A DNA stretch of 64,000 nt, taken from positions 14,942 to 78,941 of the forward strand of contig CAWKAL010000045.1 of assembly GCA_963847575.1 (NCBI GenBank). Reading direction: 5' to 3'. Each line of letters starts with the position of its first letter. Within the stretch, counting starts at the first letter, position 1. The DNA comes from an uncultured Gammaproteobacteria bacterium (lineage in GTDB: Bacteria; Pseudomonadota; Gammaproteobacteria; SZUA-229). Position numbers and translations under genes: made by a program. The notes beneath the pieces were generated by a model. It was given only the letters and a program-made list of their open reading frames with translations, was not told the DNA's origin and ran no database searches. Below are positions 30,169-39,122 of the stretch, piece after piece.

Positions 30169-30332
30169 ATCCACAGATGAACGCAGATGAACACAGATAA
30201 CGACAAAAAAATCAGGCCGCAAAAAACGCAAAGAACGCGAATCAATAAATAATTATTTTTCGCGCTCTTTGCGTATTTCGCGGCAAATTATTCAGCTTTT
30301 ATCCGTGTTCATCTGCGTTCATCTGCGGATAA
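30169..30332. repeat. MITE-like hairpin element, copy B: composite, with an inner CGCAAA-type hairpin (30216-30284) nested inside CAGATGAAC-type outer arms
   Basis: Outer arms atccacagatgaacgcagatgaacacagataa / ttatccgtgttcatctgcgttcatctgcggataa (2 mismatches in 32). Inner arms gccgcaaaaaacgcaaagaacgcgaa / ttcgcgctctttgcgtatttcgcggc. Confidence 0.75.
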
Positions 30333-30344
30333 GTTGACAGGGAA

Positions 30345-30785
30345 CTACTTGAAAATTTTCTGCCACCAGCGTTGGCGGTTTTTTGGATAGAGCGCGGGCT
30401 CCAGCTCAATGGGGGGAATGCGTGAAAGAATCCAGCCCGGTAACGGTGGTTTTTCGCTGAAACCACAGGTCACACCCAGGTTATTCGGATCGAATATCTT
30501 GATGAAGCCGGGTGTTTGCTGGTGGTCGGCGTAGACAATTCCACAATATTCTTCTTCGTGTTCGCGCCGCAACAGGGCATCCACTTCACTGATAAATGTC
30601 AGCACATCCTGTTGCTTCGACGGATGTTCCGGTGGCGTTTCACCAACGGCATAAATATACCAGCCGTCATCCACCTGGGATTTCAAGCTCGTCCAGAATT
30701 CATCAAGCTGCGGCCAGCGCATTACCGATGTAAAACTGCCACGAAATGCATCCAGAAAACTTTGTTCAACAGAAACATCCATCAC
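30345..30785 (-). CDS. hypothetical protein
   Basis: 146 aa ORF, no recognised motif; convergent with the DUF3478 gene across repeat B. Confidence 0.55.
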   Translation of the reverse strand: MMDVSVEQSFLDAFRGSFTSVMRWPQLDEFWTSLKSQVDDGWYIYAVGETPPEHPSKQQDVLTFISEVDALLRREHEEEYCGIVYADHQQTPGFIKIFDPNNLGVTCGFSEKPPLPGWILSRIPPIELEPALYPKNRQRWWQKIFK

Positions 30786-30825
30786 TTAACCTCGTTCAGC
30801 TCGCACTTATTACTGTGTAAATAGC

Positions 30826-31398
30826 TCAATTCACCAGCAGTTTGTCCACCCAGGTTTTTACATCTTCCAGTCCGCGATGCATATAGGCCTTGTCCTTGAA
30901 TGCGCAGGCCATCACAGAAACGCCCTGCATGCGCGCCAGCATATCCATCGCCCTGTCCTGCGCATGCTCGAGCCCGGCCTCGCTGAAATTTTTCGCCACC
31001 CAGTCGCGCAACAGTTCGAATATTTCGCGCGACTTTTCCTGTAAATGCGGCTCGTCTTTCGCCAGCTCCGAAGTGAGTGTGCCAATAGGACAGCCCACCT
31101 CGACCACGCCGTCTTCAAATTTTTCAAGCATGCTGGCAAATGCGCGCAGGCGGTCACGCGGATTGCTCGCTGCAGCATCACATTGCGCCAGCATATCGGT
31201 ATAAAATTTCAGCCGCGAATCCACCACGGCACCAAGAATGTCGTCCTTGGTTTTGAAATAATAATAAAAATTCCCACGCGGGATGCCCGTGATATCGGAA
31301 ATATCGCGGAACGATGTCTGATTGTAGCCACGCGTATAAAACAGCTGGTCGGCTGCATCGACAATACGCTGGCGGTTGTTATCACCTTTACTGCCCAT
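30826..31398 (-). CDS. TetR/AcrR family transcriptional regulator
   Basis: 190 aa; N-terminal HTH ..RQRIVDAADQLFYTRGYNQTSFRDISDITGIPRGNFYYYF. Confidence 0.85.
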   Translation of the reverse strand: MGSKGDNNRQRIVDAADQLFYTRGYNQTSFRDISDITGIPRGNFYYYFKTKDDILGAVVDSRLKFYTDMLAQCDAAASNPRDRLRAFASMLEKFEDGVVEVGCPIGTLTSELAKDEPHLQEKSREIFELLRDWVAKNFSEAGLEHAQDRAMDMLARMQGVSVMACAFKDKAYMHRGLEDVKTWVDKLLVN

Positions 31399-31601
31399 AT
31401 TCTGTCACTGTGTAATTCACGGTCGGTGTCGCTCTTCGAAATATTAGACGGGTGTATGACTAATGTAAACCAATAATTCTAATCGATCTGTATTTTTATG
31501 ATTTTACTGACAATTCCACCTCAGCTACAGACCTGACTTGCCAGCGCCCTCGTCAGGCTTTACTTTACCTCCCTCATTAACACTGGAATCTGACTCTTGT
31601 C

Positions 31602-32522
31602 ATGTACGCGTTAAAAATTGAAGACTTACGCAAAACCTACCGCAACGGCGTGCAAGCCCTGTGTGGCGCCAATCTTGAAGTCGCAGAAGGCGATTTTTTT
31701 GCCCTGCTCGGTCCCAACGGCGCTGGAAAATCGACCACCATCGGTATTATCTGCTCCTTGATCAACAAGACCTCAGGCCATGTCAGCGTATTCGGCACCG
31801 ATATTGACAAAGACCCGGCAGCCGCTCGTCAGCATATCGGGCTGGTGCCGCAGGAATTCAATTTCAATATATTCGAGCCGGTGATCGAAATCCTGATCAA
31901 CCAGGCCGGGTATTACGGCATCGACCGTGATACCGCCGGCGAGCGCGCCGAACGTTACCTGAAACAGCTGGATTTATGGAGCAAGCGTTACGTCATGGCG
32001 CGTGAACTGTCAGGCGGCATGAAACGGCGTTTGATGATCGCACGCGCGCTGGTACACGAACCAAAACTGATGATCCTTGATGAACCTACCGCGGGCGTCG
32101 ATATTGAAATCCGACGTTCAATGTGGGAGTTCATGCGCGAGATTAATGCCCGTGGCACGACCATCATTTTAACCACGCACTACCTCGAGGAAGCCGAGAA
32201 CCTGTGTAACAACATTGCCATTATCGACAACGGCATTACGATCGAACAAACCAGCATGCGTGAATTGCTCGACCGTCTACACGCCGAAACGTTTGTGCTC
32301 TATATTGAAAATGAACTGAGCGTATTGCCCGACTGCGGTGATTATGAAGTGACATTAATTGACAGCAATACGCTGGAAGTCGTGTTGCACAAGGGTCAGA
32401 AACTGAATGCGATATACAGGAAACTCAGCGAGTGCGGTATCGAAATCGTCAGCATGCGCAACAAGAGCAACCGGCTCGAACAGTTGTTTGTTTCACTGCT
32501 GCACAAGCCGGTGGCGGCATGA
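31602..32522 (+). CDS. ABC transporter ATP-binding protein (ABC-2 exporter type)
   Basis: 306 aa; Walker A GPNGAGKST, signature LSGGMKRR, Walker B LMILDEPT. Confidence 0.9.
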   Translation: MYALKIEDLRKTYRNGVQALCGANLEVAEGDFFALLGPNGAGKSTTIGIICSLINKTSGHVSVFGTDIDKDPAAARQHIGLVPQEFNFNIFEPVIEILINQAGYYGIDRDTAGERAERYLKQLDLWSKRYVMARELSGGMKRRLMIARALVHEPKLMILDEPTAGVDIEIRRSMWEFMREINARGTTIILTTHYLEEAENLCNNIAIIDNGITIEQTSMRELLDRLHAETFVLYIENELSVLPDCGDYEVTLIDSNTLEVVLHKGQKLNAIYRKLSECGIEIVSMRNKSNRLEQLFVSLLHKPVAA

Positions 32523-33292
32523 GTATTTACCAGCAATGGGTCGCGCTCAAAACCATTATGCGGCGCGAATTTATGCGCTTTATCCGTATATGGATCCAGA
32601 CCGTACTGCCGCCGGTGATTACCGTAAGCCTGTATTTCATTATCTTCGGCCAGCTGATTGGCACCCAGATCGGCGACATCGATGGTTTTCGTTACATGGA
32701 TTACATCGTACCCGGACTGATCCTGATGTCGGTCATCAGTAATTCCTACGCCAACGTGGTGTCGTCATTTTTCAGCGCCAAGTTTCATCGCAGCGTGGAA
32801 GAAATGCTGGTTTCCCCTGTACCCAATTACATTATCCTGCTGGGTTATGTCAGCGGCGGGGTATTGCGCGGCGTCGTGGTCGGGATCACCGTCACCCTGG
32901 TGTCGATGTTTTTTTCAGAACTGCGCATGCACCACGTCGGCATCAGTCTCGCAGTATTCGTACTCACCGCGGCATTGTTCTCACTCGCCGGTTTTATTAA
33001 TGCCGTCTATGGCCGCAGCTTTGATGATATTACGATCATACCGACATTCGTACTTACGCCGCTGACGTATCTCGGCGGGATTTTTTATTCCATTAAAATG
33101 CTGCCAGACTTCTGGCAATCGGTGAGCCAGTTCAACCCGATCCTGTACATGATCAACGCGTTTCGTTATGGCTTTATCGGCGTATCCGACATTGACCTCA
33201 CCACCGCCTTCCTGATCATCCTGGTTTTCGTCGGCGTGCTATTTGCATTCGCATTGTCATTACTCAACCGCGGTGTTGGCATCAAGGAATAA
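32519..33292 (+). CDS. ABC-2 family transporter permease
   Basis: ATGA overlap with the ATPase; MSIYQQWVALKTIMRREFMRF..; 6 TM helices. Confidence 0.85.
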   Translation: MSIYQQWVALKTIMRREFMRFIRIWIQTVLPPVITVSLYFIIFGQLIGTQIGDIDGFRYMDYIVPGLILMSVISNSYANVVSSFFSAKFHRSVEEMLVSPVPNYIILLGYVSGGVLRGVVVGITVTLVSMFFSELRMHHVGISLAVFVLTAALFSLAGFINAVYGRSFDDITIIPTFVLTPLTYLGGIFYSIKMLPDFWQSVSQFNPILYMINAFRYGFIGVSDIDLTTAFLIILVFVGVLFAFALSLLNRGVGIKE

Positions 33293-34191
33293 TCCGCGCT
33301 GCCGAACAAGCTGGCCGAGTTCGCCAGGGCGTCGACAAACCACGCCAGCGCCCGCCCCCTGTTGTCACTGCGCCAGGCAATACTCATCTCGATCGGTGGC
33401 GGCGGAGTTTTAAGCGCGATGATTTTCAGCCGGCCCTGTTGTTGCTGATAGTGCGCCAGCGCTTTCGGCAAGGTACCCACACCCAGGCCGGCGATCTGCA
33501 TTTCACACTTGGCGGCAAGATCAGGCACCACCAGGCGCGACTGCGCACTGAGCACACTGGAGGTACGTGGCAATAACTGTCGAGAGCTGTCGGCGATGAC
33601 TACGGCGCGGTAGCGCTCAATATCGGCCTCACTCAGCGGCGCCGGCAGGGCTGCCAGCGGATGCGAGGGCGCCACCGCGAACACCATCTCGATACGTGTC
33701 AGCGCCCGGCTACGGTAACCGCCGCCCGCTGGGCCCTCACCCGCGGCACCAATAGCAAGATCACAGCGCCCGGTGGCAAGTGCGTCCCAGCTGCCGCCGA
33801 AAACTTCCTCCTGGAGTCGCAGTTGAGTGCCGCACTCGATGGCATCAAACTGCTCGATCACGGGTGCGAGCGCTGCCACCGGCAGCAAGGTGTCCAGCGC
33901 CAGGCGCAGTTCGCTCTCCCAGCCGGTGGCGATGCGTTTCGCCCGGCTTTCCATGGCCTCGACGGCCTCAAGCAAGCGGCGGCCATCTTCCAGCAAACTT
34001 CGACCCGCATCGGTGAGCACGGATTTTTTACCCTGTTTGGCGAACAGGCGGATACCCAGGTCGGCTTCCAGCTTCTGCACGCTGTAGGTGAGCGCCGAGG
34101 TGACGCGAAACAGTTCTGTTGCAGCGGCTGCAAAGCTGCCGCGACGATCTATCGCATCCAGCACGCGCAAACCATCGAGTGTCAGTTTCAT
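33166..34191 (-). CDS. LysR family transcriptional regulator; the 3' end overlaps the convergent permease gene by about 126 nt
   Basis: 341 aa; N-terminal HTH LDGLRVLDAIDRRGSFAAAATELFRVTSALTYSVQKLE; LysR substrate-binding domain; unusually long C-terminal tail. Confidence 0.8.
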   Translation of the reverse strand: MKLTLDGLRVLDAIDRRGSFAAAATELFRVTSALTYSVQKLEADLGIRLFAKQGKKSVLTDAGRSLLEDGRRLLEAVEAMESRAKRIATGWESELRLALDTLLPVAALAPVIEQFDAIECGTQLRLQEEVFGGSWDALATGRCDLAIGAAGEGPAGGGYRSRALTRIEMVFAVAPSHPLAALPAPLSEADIERYRAVVIADSSRQLLPRTSSVLSAQSRLVVPDLAAKCEMQIAGLGVGTLPKALAHYQQQQGRLKIIALKTPPPPIEMSIAWRSDNRGRALAWFVDALANSASLFGSADYSLMPTPRLSNDNANANSTPTKTRMIRKAVVRSMSDTPIKP

Positions 34192-34341
34192 CCGGAATTA
34201 TTGTTCATATTATTTGAATAATACATCCAATATATTTCATTATATTATTTATATAGCATTATTTATCATATAGTTAATTATTGCAATATATTGATTAGTT
34301 ATATCCAAGATACCCTTACCCGCCTCGAGAGGAGACACCCC

Positions 34342-34932
34342 ATGAACCACAAACAGCCCGACACCCAACAGCCGATCCACGCCCTGCTGGCCGAGCGCTG
34401 GAGCCCGCGCGCATTTGATATCGACAGACCGATTGAAGCGGAAAAACGCCAGGCATTGCTCGAGGCAGCTCGCTGGGCGCCGTCATGTTTCAATGATCAG
34501 CCCTGGCGCTTTATTGTCTGCAACCGTCATACCAATGAAGCCGCGTGGGAAACCGCGGTTGCCGTACTCGCTGACAAAAACCAGCTCTGGGCGCGACAGG
34601 CGCCGCTACTCATCCTGGTGTGTAGCGAGGATTTATTCAGTCACAACGGCAATGAAAATCGCTGGGCACACTATGACACCGGTGCAGCCGGACTGAGTAT
34701 CTGCCTGCAGGCAACTGCACTGGGATTATTCACCCACCAGATGGGTGGCTTTGATCTGGATGCGGCAAGAACAGCCTTTGCGATTCCCGATTCAGTGACG
34801 CCTATGGCGATGATGGCCGTGGGCTACCAGGGAAGGATTGAAAATCTGGATGCCGGGTTTGTCGACGCCGAGCAGCAGGCGCGGGCTCGCAAACCTGTGG
34901 ATAAAATTGTATTCGAAGGACGCTGGGGCTAA
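34342..34932 (+). CDS. nitroreductase family protein
   Basis: Start MNHKQPDT.. preceded by gaggaga RBS; ..LLAERWSPRAF...APSCFNDQPW.. nitroreductase fold; divergent from the LysR gene with an AT-rich intergenic. Confidence 0.85.
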   Translation: MNHKQPDTQQPIHALLAERWSPRAFDIDRPIEAEKRQALLEAARWAPSCFNDQPWRFIVCNRHTNEAAWETAVAVLADKNQLWARQAPLLILVCSEDLFSHNGNENRWAHYDTGAAGLSICLQATALGLFTHQMGGFDLDAARTAFAIPDSVTPMAMMAVGYQGRIENLDAGFVDAEQQARARKPVDKIVFEGRWG

Positions 34933-34949
34933 AGGCTAAAACGCAAACA

Positions 34950-35474
34950 CTAGCCGTGGGATACAGAATCGGCCTGCATCCAGCCAGCGCGCTTACGCAA
35001 CAGGGCATACCCGCCGAACAGCAAGGCAGAAAAGAACAGGTTACCCAGCAGCGTATTCTGGAAGAACGGAATGCCCGCAGCGTAGGCCTGTGACAGGCCC
35101 TGCAATGTCATCGGGTAGAGCGCCGAAGTCAGCCACACGCCGAGATTGGTGAGCAGGAAAAATACGACTGAAGTACCGACAACCGACGCCGCTATAACAC
35201 TAACGCGCCGGGTATTACGCAACGCGAAACCGGCCAGCACAGTCAGGCCAAAAGCAAAATAAACAAATACCATGGTGTCGTGCAGGCCAATCAGCAAATC
35301 ACCGGCAAACAATGCAGCAAAGGGCACCAGGAATGCCGCGCGCTTATCACTGAAGCTGGCGCCGGCGAACAGGGCCATGGCCGCAATCGGTGACACATTG
35401 GGCGGGTGCGGCAAATAGCGAAACAACGCAACCGATATAATGATGGCAACAAGGGTAATAAAGCGAGCATTCAT
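34950..35474 (-). CDS. polytopic inner-membrane protein of unknown function (DUF6580 / ECF-S-component-like)
   Basis: 174 aa, 5-6 predicted TM helices, conserved RYLPHPPNVSPI N-terminal motif. Confidence 0.5.
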   Translation of the reverse strand: MNARFITLVAIIISVALFRYLPHPPNVSPIAAMALFAGASFSDKRAAFLVPFAALFAGDLLIGLHDTMVFVYFAFGLTVLAGFALRNTRRVSVIAASVVGTSVVFFLLTNLGVWLTSALYPMTLQGLSQAYAAGIPFFQNTLLGNLFFSALLFGGYALLRKRAGWMQADSVSHG

Positions 35475-35698
35475 GGCTGTGTCTCGTAACAGGGCTAATC
35501 CAGATGAAACACGATTCTAACACAGGCCAGCCACAGGATTGCACTGCTGATAACCCGCAAGCGCTGCGTAGCAGCAGCATGCGATCGACAACGCGGGCGC
35601 CTCGAATATTGGCATCAGCTACCGATAAGCTTATAGTGTCGGCTCACGTCGTCGCTACATCATTCATGCACCACAAACAATAACGTATAAGGATTGCC

Positions 35699-37354
35699 AT
35701 GAAAGCCTCTGATCTATTCGTCAAATGTCTCGAAGCTGAAGGTATTGAATATATCTTCGGCGTACCCGGCGAAGAAAACGCCGATTTCATGATCTCGCTG
35801 GAAGAATCCGAGACCATCAAGTTCATCCTGTGCCGTCATGAACAGGGCGCAGCATTTATGGCGGAAATCTACGGCCGTCTCACCGGTCAGCCTGCCGGCT
35901 GTCTCGGTACGCTCGGCCCGGGCGCCACCAACCTGATTACCGGGGTTGCTGATTCCAATATGGATCGCTCACCCATGCTGGTACTCACCGGCCAGGGCTC
36001 GACCGAAAGACTGCACAAGGAATCACACCAGATCATGGACGTGGTGCACATGTTCGAACCGGTGACCAAGTGGGCGACCACGGTCCTGCACCAGGACAAT
36101 ATCCCGGAAATCGTACGCAAGGCAGTACGCCTGGCGCGCACTGAAAAACCCGGCGCGGTGCATATCGAACTGCCCGAAGACATCGCCAGCAACGACGCCA
36201 AAACCAGCCCGATGCAGCCACGCCGTTTCAGGCGCCCGGTGCCTGACGACAAAATCGTCGACCAGGCATACCAGATCCTGAAAAAAGCCAAACGACCGAT
36301 CATCCTTGCCGGCAACGGCTGTATTCGTAAACGCGCCAGCAAACAGCTGCGCGCCTTTTGTGAAAAAACCGGCATCGGCGTAATCAGCACCTTCATGGCC
36401 AAGGGCTGCGTCGACATGAATGCTGACTACTGCCTGTATACCATCGGCCTGCAGGCCAAGGACGTGGTCGCCTGCGCCATCGATGCCGCGGACGTGGTGC
36501 TATGCCTCGGCTACGACATGGTGGAATACCATCCTGAACTGTGGAATTCAAAACGCGACAAGCACATTATTCATGCCGACTTTTTACCGGCTGAAATCGA
36601 TGAATTTTTTCACCCCGAAACCGAAGTGGTCGGTGACCTGGCGCACGCGCTGTGGATGCTCAACGAACGCGTGGCTGCCGAACAGACACCGCTCAAGTTC
36701 GATTTATCACAACAGGCCGCCACCCGCCGCGACATGAGTGCCGAACTGGAAATGTACAAGGACGACAAAACCAGCGGTGTCATCAAACCGCAAAAAGTGC
36801 TGTGGGACGTACGCCAGGTGATGGGCCGCCACGACGTGCTGCTGTCCGATGTCGGCGCACATAAAATGTGGATTGCTCGGCATTATCAGTGCCACGAACC
36901 CAATACCTGCTTAATACCCAATGGTTTTTGCTCGATGGGCTTTGCCCTGCCCGGCGCGATCGCCGCCGATATCGTGTTCCCGCAAAAACGCATCCTCGCG
37001 ATCTGCGGTGATGCCGGCTTCATGATGAACATGCAGGAAATGGAAACTGCACGACGGCTGAATTCAGACATCGTTGTCATGGTGTGGGAAGACAAGGAAT
37101 ACGGCCTGATCGCCTGGAAACAACAGGCACATTTCGGCAAGCACACCGATCTGTCATTTGGTAACCCCGACTGGCTGAAACTGGCCGAAGCCTTCGGCTG
37201 GCACGGCCACTTCGTCGACAACAGCGAGAACCTGGTCGACACCCTGGAAACCGCGTTCGAAGAAATGGGCCCAAGCCTGGTGGTGATACCGATCGACTAC
37301 GACGAAAACATGAAACTCACCAAACGGCTGGGTGATATTGCGTGCCCGATTTGA
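35699..37354 (+). CDS. acetolactate-synthase-like thiamine-pyrophosphate enzyme (AlsS family)
   Basis: 551 aa; TPP N-domain (FGVPGEEN..RHEQGAAFMAEIYGRLTGQPAGCLGTLGPGATN) and C-terminal TPP-binding GDAGFMMN motif. Confidence 0.85.
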   Translation: MKASDLFVKCLEAEGIEYIFGVPGEENADFMISLEESETIKFILCRHEQGAAFMAEIYGRLTGQPAGCLGTLGPGATNLITGVADSNMDRSPMLVLTGQGSTERLHKESHQIMDVVHMFEPVTKWATTVLHQDNIPEIVRKAVRLARTEKPGAVHIELPEDIASNDAKTSPMQPRRFRRPVPDDKIVDQAYQILKKAKRPIILAGNGCIRKRASKQLRAFCEKTGIGVISTFMAKGCVDMNADYCLYTIGLQAKDVVACAIDAADVVLCLGYDMVEYHPELWNSKRDKHIIHADFLPAEIDEFFHPETEVVGDLAHALWMLNERVAAEQTPLKFDLSQQAATRRDMSAELEMYKDDKTSGVIKPQKVLWDVRQVMGRHDVLLSDVGAHKMWIARHYQCHEPNTCLIPNGFCSMGFALPGAIAADIVFPQKRILAICGDAGFMMNMQEMETARRLNSDIVVMVWEDKEYGLIAWKQQAHFGKHTDLSFGNPDWLKLAEAFGWHGHFVDNSENLVDTLETAFEEMGPSLVVIPIDYDENMKLTKRLGDIACPI

Positions 37355-37374
37355 TGTGATGAAAAACTTCATAA

Positions 37375-37547
37375 GCGAAACCACAGAGGCACAGAGTACA
37401 CAGAGGGAAAACAATTACTGTTGTTTAAAGCATTTGAAATATTGTATTTATTCAACCAAAATAATTGCGTCTAACTTGCGTATGGTTTATTTGACTTACA
37501 ATAAATTATTGTTTTCTCTGTGTACTCTGTGCCTCTGTGGTTTCGCC
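37375..37547. repeat. MITE-like hairpin element, copy F (CACAGAGG-type arms)
   Basis: Arms gcgaaaccacagaggcacagagtacacagag(ggaaaac) at 37375-37411 and gttttctctgtgtactctgtgcctctgtggtttcgcc at 37511-37547: a 31-nt perfect inverted repeat flanking an AT-rich core. Confidence 0.8.
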
Positions 37548-37627
37548 TTTTGCTTTTATATTCACATACACTACTTTGCGAATACGCGGTGCATTATTGT
37601 TAAAATCTGTGATTAACAGGAAATATT

Positions 37628-39065
37628 ATGTCTGACCATTTCAAAATGCTTGTCCCCGGCGCCACGCCCAGCGGCAAGGTGGATGTCACCGCGCCGTTTG
37701 ACGGCGCGCATATTGCAACCATCGAAACCGGCGACAACAATGCCGTTGACATGGCGCTTGCCACTGCCGACGCTTTATATAGAGACAGGAAAAACTGGCT
37801 GAGCGCAGAACAACGCATCAAGGTGCTGGATAAAACCGCAGACATCATGCAATCACGGGCTGAAGCGCTCGCGCTTGAAGCCGCGCGCGAAGGCGGCAAA
37901 CCCCTGATCGATTCACGCGTCGAAGTCGCGCGCGCCATCGACGGCATTAAAAACTGCATCGAAGTTTTACGCAGCGGGCACGGCGAAGAAATTCCCATGC
38001 AGAAAAATGCCGCATCGATGAACCGGCTGGCCTTCACCACGCACGAACCCATCGGCGTGGTGGTTGCAGTGAGTGCATTCAATCATCCACTGAATCTTGC
38101 GGTACACCAGGTCGGGCCCGCCATTGCCGCAGGCTGCCCGGTCATTATCAAACCGGCGGGCGATACGCCATTCTCGTGTTTTCGCCTGATCAGTATTCTA
38201 CGCGAAGCCGGCCTGCCCGATGGCTGGTGCCAGGGCATTGTCACCGACGCACGCGAAGCCGCGACCCGGCTGGTGACAGATGCGCGCGTTGGATTTTTCA
38301 GTTTTATCGGCAGCGCAAAAGTCGGCTGGATGCTGCGCTCACAACTTGCACCGGGAGCGCGCTGCGCACTCGAACACGGCGGTGTCGCACCGGTGATTGT
38401 CGCAGAAGACGCCGATCTTGAAGACGCTATCCCGTTACTCGCCAAGGCCGGCTTCTATCACGCCGGCCAGGTCTGTGTTTCAGTACAACGCGTGTATGCG
38501 CATAAATCGATTGCACGCACAGCTCGCGAACAACATTGCCGATATCGGCAATAAAATGAAAGTGGGCGACCCCACCCTGGCGGACACCGATGTTGGCCCG
38601 CTGATTCGCGAATCGGAAACCGATCGCATTCACGCCTGGGTAAGCGAAGCGGTGCAGGAAGGGGCGGAATTAATCTGTGGTGGAAAAAATATCACCGCCA
38701 GCACTTACCAGCCTACGGTGCTTTTCAATGCACCCGATGATGCCACCATTTCGCGCAATGAAATATTCGGCCCGGTGATCCAGGTCTACGAATACGACAA
38801 TATTGACGACGCAATCAGGCGCGCAAACGCACTCGATGTTTCATTCCAGGCATCGGTATTTTCCAGCAACATCAACACCTGCCTGTATGCATTCAAACAT
38901 CTCAACGGTTCTGCCATCATGGTAAACGACCACACCGCCTTCCGGGTCGACTGGATGCCATTCGCCGGCCTGAAACATTCCGGTCACGGTGTCGGCGGCA
39001 TCCCGCACACATTCAAGGACATGCAAATCGAAAAAATGATGGTGATACGCTCAAAGCTGCTCTAG
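37628..39065 (+). CDS. NAD(P)-dependent aldehyde dehydrogenase family protein, with an apparent frameshift near 38500-38530
   Basis: First frame has ALDH N-terminal and catalytic regions up to ..GQVCVSVQRVYAHKSIA; second frame continues ..LANNIADIGNKMKVGDP...EIFGPV...; joined length about 478 aa is typical. Confidence 0.75.
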
Positions 39066-39122
39066 TAACTATTTTATTACTAATTATTCATTATTAATTT
39101 TTCATTATTCATTGCATAAAAC

